Position numbers and translations under genes: made by a program. A stretch of 64,000 nt of DNA from Candidatus Omnitrophota bacterium (lineage in GTDB: Bacteria > Omnitrophota > Gorgyraeia > Zapsychrales > Fredricksoniimonadaceae), in NCBI GenBank assembly GCA_903860135.1, contig CAIOPG010000007.1:130100-194099 (forward strand), read 5' to 3'. The notes under the pieces were generated by a model that searched no databases, had not been told where the DNA came from, and saw only the letters and a list, made by a program, of their open reading frames with translations. Of this stretch, positions 32,146 through 41,817 are shown in pieces; position 1 is the first letter of the stretch; every line of letters starts with the position of its first letter.

Positions 32146-32709
32146 GTGTTTGACGTGAAATCTGAACTGTTCGATAAGTATCAGAAAAAAGTTTTACCTG
32201 AAATGCAAACGAAATTTGGCATTAAGAATGTTATGGCTGTGCCACGTCTGGATAAGATCGTAATCAACATGGGTGTTGGTGAGGCCATTTCTGACCTCAA
32301 GATTTTAGAAACAGCCGCCGCGGATCTTGCTGCGATTACCGGTCAAAAACCGTCCATACGCCGTTCTAAGAAGGCGGTTTCTAATTTCAGGCTTAAAGAA
32401 AATTCTCCCGTTGGTTGTAAAGTGACTTTACGTCGTCAACGGATGTATGAGTTTATGGAAAGATTAATTAATATTGTATTACCGCGTATCCGTGACTTTA
32501 ATGGTATTTCACGTAAATCTTTTGACCGTGAAGGCAATTATTCTTTTGGGCTTAAAGAGCAGGCTATTTTCCCTGAAATCGATCCCACAAGGCGTGATTT
32601 TAGAGCACAAGGGATGGATATTACTTTTGTGATAAAAGGCGGCGATCCTAAAATGAACGTTGAATTATTAACGCTGATGGGCGTACCTTTTACTACCCTT
32701 ACTAATTAA
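32146..32709 (+). CDS. rplE: 50S ribosomal protein L5
   Basis: [32 protein letters not shown]. Confidence 0.98.
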   Translation: MFDVKSELFDKYQKKVLPEMQTKFGIKNVMAVPRLDKIVINMGVGEAISDLKILETAAADLAAITGQKPSIRRSKKAVSNFRLKENSPVGCKVTLRRQRMYEFMERLINIVLPRIRDFNGISRKSFDREGNYSFGLKEQAIFPEIDPTRRDFRAQGMDITFVIKGGDPKMNVELLTLMGVPFTTLTN

Positions 32710-32728
32710 GAAATGTTCAAAAGGATTT

Positions 32729-32914
32729 ATGGCAAAAAAAGCGGTTATTAACAAATCAAAGCAGAAGCCAAAATTTTCGACAAGGCAACATAATCGTTGT
32801 CATTTATGTGGTCGTCCCAGAGCTTTTTTGCGTAGATTTGGTATGTGTCGTTTGTGTTTCAGGGAGCTGGCTTGGAAGGGCGAAATACCAGGTGTAAAGA
32901 AAGCAAGTTGGTAA
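32729..32914 (+). CDS. rpsN: 30S ribosomal protein S14, zinc-binding type Z
   Basis: [10 protein letters not shown]...MCRLCFRE...IPGVKKASW. Confidence 0.98.
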   Translation: MAKKAVINKSKQKPKFSTRQHNRCHLCGRPRAFLRRFGMCRLCFRELAWKGEIPGVKKASW

Positions 32915-33017
32915 TCTGACAGTAATGTTTTTTGTTAGATGATCCTTGATATCAAGGGCCTGTCTTAAGATTATTAAAAGGGCAGGAAATTCAGAAATTG
33001 TTGACAGTGTCAGCAAT
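32914..33017 (+). promoter_or_regulatory. structured rpsN-rpsH spacer (four consecutive stem-loops)
   Basis: ATCTGACA/TGTTAGAT; palindrome CCTTGATATCAAGG; CCTGTCTT/AGGGCAGG; ATTGTTGAC-AGT-GTCAGCAAT. Confidence 0.5.
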
Positions 33018-33044
33018 AGAAAAAAATTAAAGAGGTCCCGCGCG

Positions 33045-33440
33045 ATGGCTGTTTCAGATTCAATTGCAAACATGTTGACAATAATCCGTAACGGAATCGG
33101 CGTCCGCAAAGACACGGTTGATGTCCCTGCATCGAAGCTAAATGAACAGATACTTGAGTTGATTAAAAAAGATGGTTATATTGAAGATTTTCGTTTACTT
33201 AATGATAACAAACAAGGTGTTATCAAAATTTATTTGAAATATGCTGGCCGTAAAAATGTTATTTCTGGTCTTAAGCGTATTTCAAAGCCGGGTCTTCGTG
33301 TTTATGTAAAGAACGATGAGATCCCGAGAGTGTTAAGCGGTTTGGGAATGGCGGTTATTTCAACATCGCAGGGTATTATTGATGACAAGGATGCGCGTAA
33401 ATTAAACATCGGGGGAGAAGTCCTCTGTTACGTCTGGTAA
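33045..33440 (+). CDS. rpsH: 30S ribosomal protein S8
   Basis: DSIANMLTIIRN, RISKPGLRVY, GGEVLCYVW; true start ATG 33045 after GAGG. Confidence 0.98.
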   Translation: MAVSDSIANMLTIIRNGIGVRKDTVDVPASKLNEQILELIKKDGYIEDFRLLNDNKQGVIKIYLKYAGRKNVISGLKRISKPGLRVYVKNDEIPRVLSGLGMAVISTSQGIIDDKDARKLNIGGEVLCYVW

Positions 33441-33446
33441 GGTGAT

Positions 33447-33986
33447 ATGTCAAGAATTGGTAAGATTCCTTTAATTATTCCCAAAGAAGCAAAGATTACG
33501 ATTACACCTTCAGCTGTGAATGTCGAAGGTCCCAAAGGGAAGTTGTCTGCAGTTCTTCCTTATGGAATTAAAGTTGAACAGAAAGATGGTTCTTTATTTA
33601 TTACCCGTTTAAGTGAATCTAAGCAAGCGCTTGCTGATCATGGTACGTTACGTGCTTTATTAAAGAATATGATAGTTGGCGTCACCAAAGGACACACGAA
33701 AGATCTTGAGATTCAAGGGTTGGGTTTTCGTTGTGCGCTTGTCGGGCAGAAACTTACAATGACATTGGGGTTTAGTCATCCTGTTGAATTCATTGTTCAT
33801 AAAGATATCAAGGTGGCAACTCCCAAGCCGACGGAGATCAAGCTTGAAGGTGCGGACAAGATTCTAGTTGGGCTTATAGCAGCTCAAATCCGCGACATAA
33901 AGCCTCCGGAGCCATATAAAGGCAAAGGAATTCGTTACGTTGGCGAGGTTGTCAAACGTAAACAGGGTAAATCCGTAACCAAGTAA
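33447..33986 (+). CDS. rplF: 50S ribosomal protein L6
   Basis: MSRIGKIP, LGFSHPV, PPEPYKGKGIRY. Confidence 0.98.
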   Translation: MSRIGKIPLIIPKEAKITITPSAVNVEGPKGKLSAVLPYGIKVEQKDGSLFITRLSESKQALADHGTLRALLKNMIVGVTKGHTKDLEIQGLGFRCALVGQKLTMTLGFSHPVEFIVHKDIKVATPKPTEIKLEGADKILVGLIAAQIRDIKPPEPYKGKGIRYVGEVVKRKQGKSVTK

Positions 33987-33993
33987 TGGAATT

Positions 33994-34356
33994 ATGCTTA
34001 ATATTACTGAAACTAAAAGAATTTATCGTCATCGTCGCATCCGCAGAAAGATTTCGGGAACAGCAGAACGTCCGCGTATGTGTATTCACCGCAGTTTGAA
34101 AAATATGTCTGTAAGTTGTATCGACGATTCGAAGGGTATAGTCATAATGGGTTTGTCTACCCTAGCGAAAGACGTGAAGATCGGGATTAAGAATGGGGGC
34201 AACATCAAGGCTGCTGAAGTTTTAGGCGAGGCGTTTGCCAAACTCGCGTTAGTCAAAGGTGTAAAGTTGGTATCTTTTGACCGCGGCGGGTATATGTATC
34301 ATGGGCGCGTTAAGGCTTTCGCGGATGCAGCCCGTAAAGCGGGATTGGAATTCTAA
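33994..34356 (+). CDS. rplR: 50S ribosomal protein L18
   Basis: GTAERPR, FDRGGYMYHGRVKAFADAARKAGLEF. Confidence 0.98.
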   Translation: MLNITETKRIYRHRRIRRKISGTAERPRMCIHRSLKNMSVSCIDDSKGIVIMGLSTLAKDVKIGIKNGGNIKAAEVLGEAFAKLALVKGVKLVSFDRGGYMYHGRVKAFADAARKAGLEF

Positions 34357-34362
34357 GGACAT

Positions 34363-35073
34363 ATGGAAGACAAAAAATTGAAAACCCAGGATTTAAAGAA
34401 TACCGGATCGAACGTTTCTAATACATCACACAATCAACGTGGTAGTGAAAAAAAGCCCCAGGTGATGGAATCAGTGGATAAGGGTGAGAAGAAACTTGCT
34501 TATTCATCAGATGTAGAGGCGGCAAGGTCACGTGGGAATGCGGGTGATAAAGGTGGTCGTGGTAAGAAATCAAGATTTCAAAAGCCTGAGGCTGAATCCA
34601 GCGGTTTAAAAGAATCTGTTATTCGCATCAGCCGTGTGGCAAAAGTTACTAAAGGCGGAACGAAGCTGTCATTCAGTGCTTTAGTTGTTGTAGGTGATGG
34701 TAATGGCCGATCTGGTTATGCCTTAGGTAAAGCGGCGGAAGTTTCTGTTGGTATCAAAAAAGCCCTAAATGCCGCTAAAAAGTGCATGGTTAGTATCCCT
34801 CGCCGTGGTACAACGATCCCTCATGAAGTTATCGGGAAATGGTGTGCGACGCGTGTTCTACTTAAACCGGCATCTGAAGGTACTGGTGTTATTGCTTGTG
34901 GTTCAGTTCGTGCGATTTGCGAAGGTGCAGGCATTAAGAATATTTTGACAAAAGTTCATCGTTCAAGTAATCCATTAAATGTGGTTAAGGCCACGATGGA
35001 AGGTTTTTCACGCCTAAAGGCTGCTGCGCCTGAGGTCCAGGGAATTGTTGACATCAAAGAAACTGCCAAGTAA
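34363..35073 (+). CDS. rpsE: 30S ribosomal protein S5 with long N-terminal extension
   Basis: [31 protein letters not shown]; ~80 aa polar N-terminal extension. Confidence 0.97.
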   Translation: MEDKKLKTQDLKNTGSNVSNTSHNQRGSEKKPQVMESVDKGEKKLAYSSDVEAARSRGNAGDKGGRGKKSRFQKPEAESSGLKESVIRISRVAKVTKGGTKLSFSALVVVGDGNGRSGYALGKAAEVSVGIKKALNAAKKCMVSIPRRGTTIPHEVIGKWCATRVLLKPASEGTGVIACGSVRAICEGAGIKNILTKVHRSSNPLNVVKATMEGFSRLKAAAPEVQGIVDIKETAK

Positions 35074-35081
35074 GGTCATCT

Positions 35082-35618
35082 ATGCTGCATCTGCTTAAAT
35101 CCCCGAAAGGGTCAAGAAAGCCTAAATTCAGAAAAGGACGTGGTCCTGCATCAGGTCTTGGAAAAACATCTGGTCGTGGTGACAATGGTCAGCGTTCACG
35201 ATCAGGGCGAGGGATCATCCTTGGGTCTGAGGGTGGTCAAATGGCACTTATTCGTCGTATTCCTAAGGTTGGTTTCAAACCACGTACTCAGATAATTCAT
35301 CAGGTCGTCAAGCTTGATGCGCTCAATAAGTTCGACGCTAATACGGTCGTTGATGCTGACAATTTGAAAACAGCGCAATTGATCAGCAGTCGTCGGAGGT
35401 CTTATAAAATACTTCTTCACGGCGATATTAACAAGCCTTTGATTGTTAAAGCCTATGCGTTTTCAGCTGGTGCAGCTGAAAAGATCAAAAAGGCTGGAGG
35501 TTCCATCGAGATTATTGTTCCTGGCAAACAGTTAGAAATATTAGAAATGCAGCAAAAGAAAAAAGATGTGAAGCTTGCCAGAAAAGCGATTAATGCAAAG
35601 AATAAGAAGAAGGCATAA
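35082..35618 (+). CDS. rplO: 50S ribosomal protein L15
   Basis: GRGPASGLGKTSGRG, EGGQMALIRRIPKVGF; basic C-terminal tail. Confidence 0.97.
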   Translation: MLHLLKSPKGSRKPKFRKGRGPASGLGKTSGRGDNGQRSRSGRGIILGSEGGQMALIRRIPKVGFKPRTQIIHQVVKLDALNKFDANTVVDADNLKTAQLISSRRRSYKILLHGDINKPLIVKAYAFSAGAAEKIKKAGGSIEIIVPGKQLEILEMQQKKKDVKLARKAINAKNKKKA

Positions 35619-35625
35619 TTAATAT

Positions 35626-36987
35626 ATGTTTTCACAGTTTTTCAAGGCTTTAGCCACTTGTTTTAAGATTGAAGATCTCCGAAGAAAGATTTTATTTACT
35701 TTGGGAATTATTGCTGTTTATCGTTTGGGTTGTTTTATACCAACACCTGGTATTAATGGAGCGGAGTTAGCTAAGTTTTTTGATAGGATCGCCGCTACTA
35801 CAGGTGGGGGAAATGTTTTTACAATTATGAATATGTTCTCTGGTCGTTCTCTTGAGAAATTAACTGTTTTTTCTCTTGGAGTGATGCCTTATATTTCAAG
35901 CTCTATTATTATGCAATTGATGACGGCGGTGGTTCCATCGCTTGAAAAGTTGTCCAAAGAAGGGCAGTCAGGTCATCAAAAGATCAATCAATTCACACGT
36001 TACGGCACGGTTGTACTGGCTCTGATACAATCATTCTTTATTGCTTTATGGTTGGAAAGTCCTCAAGCTTTTCAAGGCTTGTCTGTTGTAGATAATCCTG
36101 GCTGGCTCTTTCGTTTGACGACCGTTGTTACACTTACCACCGGTACCCTTATCATTATGTGGTTAGGCGAACGCATTCAAGAACGTGGTGTGGGCAATGG
36201 CATGTCGCTTATTATTACGGCTGGTATTTTATCTGCGGCGCCTGCAGCTGTCGAGCAAACCTTACTTTTGTTATCCCCCAAGACAGCAGGTGCGGCGCAG
36301 TTACAGCCATTGACGATTCTGGTCATGGTTTTCTTTTTGATCTCAGTTATTTTGGCTACCACGTTGATCACGCAGGCTCAGCGAAGAGTTCCTGTACAGT
36401 ATGCACGACGTATGTCAGCTGGTGGTCAGGCAGCTGGCCAGCAAACGTATATTCCATTAAAGGTGGATACAGCAGGTATTATTGCCATTATCTTTGCTCA
36501 GTCTATTATTTTATTTCCTGCGACCATAGCCAGTTTTATCCCTGCACAAGGGGTACATAATTTTGCTTCCTTTATGTCGAGAGGTCATTTCTTTTATTAT
36601 TCAGTTTATGCGGCGCTTATAATTTTCTTTTGTTATTTTTATACGGCTATCGTTTTTAATCCTATAGATGTTTCTGAGAACATGAAGAAACACGGCGGCT
36701 TTATACCAGGTGTACGTCCCGGCAAACAAACAGCAGATTATTTAGATTTTGTATTGACGCGTATAACTCTTATTGGTGCCCTCTTTATTTGTACTATCGC
36801 TGTTATGCCCGATGCCATCATGGCGTCAGCTAAAGTTCCATATTTGGTGGCCTCATTTTTTGGCGGCACTGGCATTTTGATCACGGTCGGTGTTATGCTG
36901 GATACCATGAAACAGGTTGAGTCACATTTACAAATGCATAATTACGATGGTTTTATGCAGTCAGGGCATTTAAGGGGGAGAAGATGA
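35626..36987 (+). CDS. secY: preprotein translocase subunit SecY
   Basis: LGVMPYISSSII, GVGNGMSLII, FIPGVRPG, GGTGILITVGV. Confidence 0.98.
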   Translation: MFSQFFKALATCFKIEDLRRKILFTLGIIAVYRLGCFIPTPGINGAELAKFFDRIAATTGGGNVFTIMNMFSGRSLEKLTVFSLGVMPYISSSIIMQLMTAVVPSLEKLSKEGQSGHQKINQFTRYGTVVLALIQSFFIALWLESPQAFQGLSVVDNPGWLFRLTTVVTLTTGTLIIMWLGERIQERGVGNGMSLIITAGILSAAPAAVEQTLLLLSPKTAGAAQLQPLTILVMVFFLISVILATTLITQAQRRVPVQYARRMSAGGQAAGQQTYIPLKVDTAGIIAIIFAQSIILFPATIASFIPAQGVHNFASFMSRGHFFYYSVYAALIIFFCYFYTAIVFNPIDVSENMKKHGGFIPGVRPGKQTADYLDFVLTRITLIGALFICTIAVMPDAIMASAKVPYLVASFFGGTGILITVGVMLDTMKQVESHLQMHNYDGFMQSGHLRGRR

Positions 36988-37649
36988 TCATTGTTTTATT
37001 AGGTGCCCCAGGTGCAGGCAAAGGTACATTAGCGGGTGCCCTTAAAGAACAGCTAGGGGTGCATCACATTTCGACGGGTGATCTTATCCGTGCGGAGATA
37101 AAGTCAAAAACAGCTATTGGTATTGAGATTAAATCCTATGTTGATAGCGGTGCTTTAGTGCCTGATTCTGTTGTCACACGGATGATTGAAGGATGTATTA
37201 AGGCTTCAGTGCAAGATGGCAAAGGGTATATGTTCGATGGTTTTCCACGGACATCTGCCCAAGCCATCGAGCTTGATAAAATTTTATTGAATACTGGGAA
37301 TCAGATTGATTTTGCTCTTTTTATGGAAGCTTCCATAGACGTTGTTATCCAGCGATTGACTGGACGACGTGTTTGCCGGGCCTGTGGTGCGCTGTATCAT
37401 TTAACGAATATGCCACCAAAAATCAACGGTGTTTGTGATACCTGTGAGGGTGAACTTTATCAACGCGCTGATGATAACGAAGAAACTATAAAAAAGCGTA
37501 TGTCTGTATATAATGAAAGCACAATGCCGATCATACAGCATTATAAATCTCAAGGCAAATTAAAGACGGTTAATGCAGATACAGGCGCTGATCGCGTACG
37601 CGCAGATCTTCTGAAGATATTAGATGGTGTGAATGAAACGAAGTCTTGA
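36984..37649 (+). CDS. adk: adenylate kinase
   Basis: GAPGAGKGT, HISTGD, DGFPRT, zinc lid CRAC...CDTC. Confidence 0.97.
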   Translation: MIIVLLGAPGAGKGTLAGALKEQLGVHHISTGDLIRAEIKSKTAIGIEIKSYVDSGALVPDSVVTRMIEGCIKASVQDGKGYMFDGFPRTSAQAIELDKILLNTGNQIDFALFMEASIDVVIQRLTGRRVCRACGALYHLTNMPPKINGVCDTCEGELYQRADDNEETIKKRMSVYNESTMPIIQHYKSQGKLKTVNADTGADRVRADLLKILDGVNETKS

Positions 37650-38415
37650 TATTCGTATCAAGACTAAGGATGAAATTGAAATCCTGCGTGAAGCAGGGCT
37701 GATTTTAGCCAAGATCGTTCACGAGATTCAATGTTCTTTGATGATTGGTCAGACGACCAGAGAAATTGATGCCCTTGTTGAGGCACTGATCCAACGAAAT
37801 AATGTTTTGCCTGCGTTCAAAGGATATCGTGGTTTTCCGGCGTGTGCGTGTATCTCTGTGAACGAAGAAATTGTGCATGGCGTCCCTGGTAATCGGGTTT
37901 TTAAAAATGGCGATATTGTCAGCATTGATATTGGCATTATACATCGTCAGTATTATTCGGATATGGCAGTGACGATTGGGGTAGGTGAATTGTCGTCTTC
38001 CTGTCGTAAGTTATTGGATGTTGCCCGTCAAGCTCTTTTTAAAGGTATTGCATTTGCGCAAAATGGTGGTAGACTTGGCGATATTTCTCATGCTATTCAG
38101 ACATATGCTGAGTCAAAAGGATTTTCGGTTGTACGTGATTTTGTAGGACATGGAATCGGCAAACAGCTTCATGAAGATCCTGAGATTCCTAATTATGGGC
38201 ATGCTGGAACGGGACCAATTTTAAGGTCAGGTATGGTTTTGGCGATTGAACCCATGTTAAATATGGGTGGGTACAAAACGAAAACATTAAAGGATGGTTG
38301 GACCGTCATCACAGCTGACCGTAAACCTTCAGCACATTTTGAACATACTGTTGCGGTAACTGAACAGGGCCCTGTGGTTCTGACGGAATACAGCGATATA
38401 ACAAATCCGGTTTAG
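37633..38415 (+). CDS. map: type I methionine aminopeptidase
   Basis: CISVNEEIVHGVP, GHGIGKQLHEDP, AIEPM, SAHFEHT. Confidence 0.97.
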   Translation: MKRSLDIRIKTKDEIEILREAGLILAKIVHEIQCSLMIGQTTREIDALVEALIQRNNVLPAFKGYRGFPACACISVNEEIVHGVPGNRVFKNGDIVSIDIGIIHRQYYSDMAVTIGVGELSSSCRKLLDVARQALFKGIAFAQNGGRLGDISHAIQTYAESKGFSVVRDFVGHGIGKQLHEDPEIPNYGHAGTGPILRSGMVLAIEPMLNMGGYKTKTLKDGWTVITADRKPSAHFEHTVAVTEQGPVVLTEYSDITNPV

Positions 38416-38454
38416 TTCCGGGAAGTCAGCTGATAGTTGGCTGGCAGGGAAGAT

Positions 38455-38673
38455 ATGGCGAGAGAAGATCTGATCGAGGTTGAAGGCGTTGTAGAAGAGG
38501 CGTTGCCCAACGCTATGTTTCGCGTGGTGTTGGATAATGGTCACAAGGTGCTTGCGCATGTTTCAGGCAAGATGCGGATGAATTTTATTCGTATTATTCC
38601 TGGCGACAAGGTGAAAGTAGAATTAACCCCGTATGATCTTTCGCGGGGAAGAATAACATACAGGAATAAATGA
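38455..38673 (+). CDS. infA: translation initiation factor IF-1
   Basis: [11 protein letters not shown]...[14 protein letters not shown]...[12 protein letters not shown]. Confidence 0.98.
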   Translation: MAREDLIEVEGVVEEALPNAMFRVVLDNGHKVLAHVSGKMRMNFIRIIPGDKVKVELTPYDLSRGRITYRNK

Positions 38674-38674
38674 C

Positions 38675-38788
38675 ATGAAAGTTAAATCGTCGGTCAAAAG
38701 GATCTGCAATAAGTGCAAGATCATCAGGCGTGAACGTGTTGTGCGCGTGATCTGTGAAAATCCGAAACACAAACAAAGACAAGGATAG
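38675..38788 (+). CDS. rpmJ: 50S ribosomal protein L36
   Basis: Hand translation [37 protein letters not shown] (below the ORF-track cutoff). Confidence 0.97.
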   Translation: MKVKSSVKRICNKCKIIRRERVVRVICENPKHKQRQG

Positions 38789-38794
38789 TGAACC

Positions 38795-39172
38795 ATGGCA
38801 AGAATCTTAGGTATTGATCTGCCCAGAGACAAACGCGTGGAAGCGGCGTTGCTTTATATTTTCGGCATTGGTCCATCGCGTACTGAAAAGATACTTCAGG
38901 CCACGGCCATCAGCCCTGATAAACGTTCCAAGGATCTTACAGAAGATGAGATCTCTAGGATTACGGCGTTCATTCAGAAGAACTATGTGGTTGAAGGAGA
39001 TCTTCGCCGCGAAGTTCAGCAAAATGTCAGACAGCATATGGATATGGGCACTTACCGCGGTTTACGTCATCGTAAAGGATTGCCTGTTCGCGGTCAGAGG
39101 ACACGTACTAATTCCCGCACGCGCAAAGGGCGCAAGGCGACTGTTGGTGGAATGAAGAAGAAAGCAGAATAA
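38795..39172 (+). CDS. rpsM: 30S ribosomal protein S13
   Basis: [36 protein letters not shown]. Confidence 0.98.
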   Translation: MARILGIDLPRDKRVEAALLYIFGIGPSRTEKILQATAISPDKRSKDLTEDEISRITAFIQKNYVVEGDLRREVQQNVRQHMDMGTYRGLRHRKGLPVRGQRTRTNSRTRKGRKATVGGMKKKAE

Positions 39173-39185
39173 GAGGTTATATCGC

Positions 39186-39632
39186 ATGTCGAAAGTTACC
39201 AAACCAGCAGCTAATGCACAGCAAGCGCAGACCGCGTCCAAAACAGCGACAAGGAAATCGAAACTGAAGAAGCGCTCCTTGAAGGGGATAACAAGCGGTC
39301 TTGTTATGATTAAGGCTACCTTTAACAACACGATCATTACAATTACGGACAGACAAGGCAATGCGATTGTTTGGGGGACACCGGGGGTCAGCGGATTTAC
39401 CGGATCCAAGAAGTCTACTCCTTTCGCGGCGCAGATAGCGGCAGGTGAAGCTGCCAAGCGTGCGAAAGAATTGGGGATTGAAACTGTTGAAGTGCTTGTC
39501 AAAGGTCCAGGCACAGGGCGTGAGTCGTCCATCCGTGCCATTCAGGCGGCAGGCATACAGGTTACTTCTATCCGTGACGTTACACCTATTCCGCATAATG
39601 GGTGCCGTCCACGGAAGAAACGTAGAGTATAG
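39186..39632 (+). CDS. rpsK: 30S ribosomal protein S11
   Basis: [32 protein letters not shown]. Confidence 0.98.
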   Translation: MSKVTKPAANAQQAQTASKTATRKSKLKKRSLKGITSGLVMIKATFNNTIITITDRQGNAIVWGTPGVSGFTGSKKSTPFAAQIAAGEAAKRAKELGIETVEVLVKGPGTGRESSIRAIQAAGIQVTSIRDVTPIPHNGCRPRKKRRV

Positions 39633-39651
39633 TAGAAAGGAATTTTGATCC

Positions 39652-40260
39652 ATGGCACGTTATACAGGTCCACGTTGTCGTCTTTCCCGCCGGGAGGGGG
39701 TTAATCTCGGACTTAAAAAAAGATGGTCTCTTGAAAAGCGCGAGACAATACCAGGTCAGCATGGGACACGCCGTTCTAAATTGACTAATTATGGTTTGCA
39801 GTTGCGTGAAAAACAGAAAGCCAAACGTACGTATGGTGTTCTTGAAAAGCAGTTCCGTAATTATTATTTAAAAGCATCTAGCTCTAAAGGTGTTACGGGT
39901 ACAGTATTGTTACAGATGCTCGAATGTCGTCTTGACAATATCATTTATCGTCTTGGTTTTGCGATCACTCGCGCGCAGGGACGTCAAATGGCCAATCACG
40001 GTCTTGTCCGTGTCAATGGCCAAAAGGTTAACATACCTTCATTTCATGTTAAAATTGGCGATGTGATCACTTTTAACGACAAAGAGTCATTGCGCACGTA
40101 TGTGCAAAAGAATATGGAATTGAACGAAGGCTGGTCTGTGCCTTCATGGCTTCAGGCAGATAATACGAAGCTGGAAGGCAAGGTCATCCGTATTCCGACA
40201 CGTGAGGATATTGTTATCCCTGTGAACGAACAGCTCATCATTGAGTTGTATTCGAAATAA
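39652..40260 (+). CDS. rpsD: 30S ribosomal protein S4
   Basis: MARYTGP, QLREKQK, LECRLDN, LIIELYSK. Confidence 0.98.
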   Translation: MARYTGPRCRLSRREGVNLGLKKRWSLEKRETIPGQHGTRRSKLTNYGLQLREKQKAKRTYGVLEKQFRNYYLKASSSKGVTGTVLLQMLECRLDNIIYRLGFAITRAQGRQMANHGLVRVNGQKVNIPSFHVKIGDVITFNDKESLRTYVQKNMELNEGWSVPSWLQADNTKLEGKVIRIPTREDIVIPVNEQLIIELYSK

Positions 40261-40289
40261 TTGATTTAGTCTAAAGGAGGGTATAGCTC

Positions 40290-41285
40290 ATGGGTGTTAA
40301 ATGGCGTGATTTCCAGATGCCAAAGCGGCTTGAATGCGATGAAGCAACATATACCGATCATTATGGCAAATTCATTGCTGAGCCATTTGAGCGCGGGTAT
40401 GGTGTAACTCTTGGCAATTCCCTGCGACGTATTCTTCTTTCTTCAATTGAAGGAAGTGCAGTAACTTCTATTTATATTGAGGGTGTTGATCATGAATTTT
40501 CGACTGTCCCTGGTGTGCTTGAAACAGTAAGTGATATTATTTTAAATATTAAGGAATTGGTCGTTCGTTCCCATTCCAAAGTTGCGAAAAATATTTATAT
40601 CAAGACGTCGAAAAAGGGTGAAATTAAGGCCAAGGATATCATTTGTGACGAGACAATTGAAATCTTAAATCCTGAGCATCATGTGTGCACCATCACCCAA
40701 GACATTGATTTTAATCTGGCCATGGAAGTGAGTCGTGGTCGTGGGTATGTTCCCGCAGAGTTGAATAAGAAAGATGGAGCTCCTGTGGGTACGATTGCTG
40801 TTGATTCAATCTTTACGCCCATAGAAAAGGTTAATTTCTTCTCCGAAAACACACGTGTTGGTCAGCGCACTGATTATGACCGCCTCATTTTGGAAATATG
40901 GACCAATGGGGGGATTAATCCTAAGGAAGCTCTTCTTTACGCAGCCAATATTCTACAGCGGCATCTCGACGTTTTTGTTGGCTATGGTCAGTTACCCGAG
41001 GAAGAAGAACAGGAAGAGGAAGTGTCGACCGAAGAGCAGGCTCTTTATGAAAAATTACGTCTACCAATCTCGGAGCTTGAGCTTTCTGTTCGTAGTTCAA
41101 ATTGCCTGAAAGAAGCTAATATTAAAAGTCTTTCCGAACTTGTTCGCAAGACCGAAGAAGAACTTCTCAATTTCCGTAATTTTGGCAAGAAGTCCTTGAC
41201 AGAGATCGCCGATGTCCTTAAAACCCATGGCCTGAGCCTTGGGATGAAGATTGATATGAAAAAGTTAAGAAAGAAGAGTGAATAA
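40290..41285 (+). CDS. rpoA: RNA polymerase alpha subunit
   Basis: EPFERGYGVTLGNSLRRILLSS, LELSVRSSNCL, NFGKKSLTEI. Confidence 0.99.
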   Translation: MGVKWRDFQMPKRLECDEATYTDHYGKFIAEPFERGYGVTLGNSLRRILLSSIEGSAVTSIYIEGVDHEFSTVPGVLETVSDIILNIKELVVRSHSKVAKNIYIKTSKKGEIKAKDIICDETIEILNPEHHVCTITQDIDFNLAMEVSRGRGYVPAELNKKDGAPVGTIAVDSIFTPIEKVNFFSENTRVGQRTDYDRLILEIWTNGGINPKEALLYAANILQRHLDVFVGYGQLPEEEEQEEEVSTEEQALYEKLRLPISELELSVRSSNCLKEANIKSLSELVRKTEEELLNFRNFGKKSLTEIADVLKTHGLSLGMKIDMKKLRKKSE

Positions 41286-41813
41286 ATGAGACATGGTGTA
41301 GCAGGAAAAAAATTCGGTCGCAATCAAAAGTTACGTGAAGCAACAGTACGTGATCTTGTTAAGGCTGTGCTGATCAACTTTACAATTCGAACAACAAAAG
41401 TTAAAGCTGGTGAGGCGCGTAAGCTTGTTGACAAGATGATCACTCTCGGCAAGAAAAACACCCTTGCTGCCAAGAGGCGTGCCTTTGCTGTTTTATGTGA
41501 TCATGCTTTAGTTAGTGATCTTTTTAACAAGGTAGCCCCTCTTTTTGTAAATCGTCATGGTGGATATACACGCATTATTAAGCTTTCGATCAATCGACAA
41601 GGTGATAATGCGGAAATGGCAATTCTTGAACTTACGGAAATGCCAGTTATTGCCGAGTCTTCAGCTGTTGTTAAGGAAAAAAAGTCTGCCAAGGCAATTG
41701 GTGTTAAGGCTGAAGATGCTGTGATTGTTTCTGAAGAAAAATCCGCAAAAAAAACAGCGGGCAAGAAGAAGTTGGAACCTAAAGAGAATAAGACAGCAAC
41801 GCCAAAGGCTTGA
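41286..41813 (+). CDS. rplQ: 50S ribosomal protein L17 with C-terminal extension
   Basis: MRHG, GGYTRIIK, GDNAEMAILEL; ~55 aa K/A/E-rich tail. Confidence 0.97.
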   Translation: MRHGVAGKKFGRNQKLREATVRDLVKAVLINFTIRTTKVKAGEARKLVDKMITLGKKNTLAAKRRAFAVLCDHALVSDLFNKVAPLFVNRHGGYTRIIKLSINRQGDNAEMAILELTEMPVIAESSAVVKEKKSAKAIGVKAEDAVIVSEEKSAKKTAGKKKLEPKENKTATPKA

Positions 41814-41817
41814 AAAC

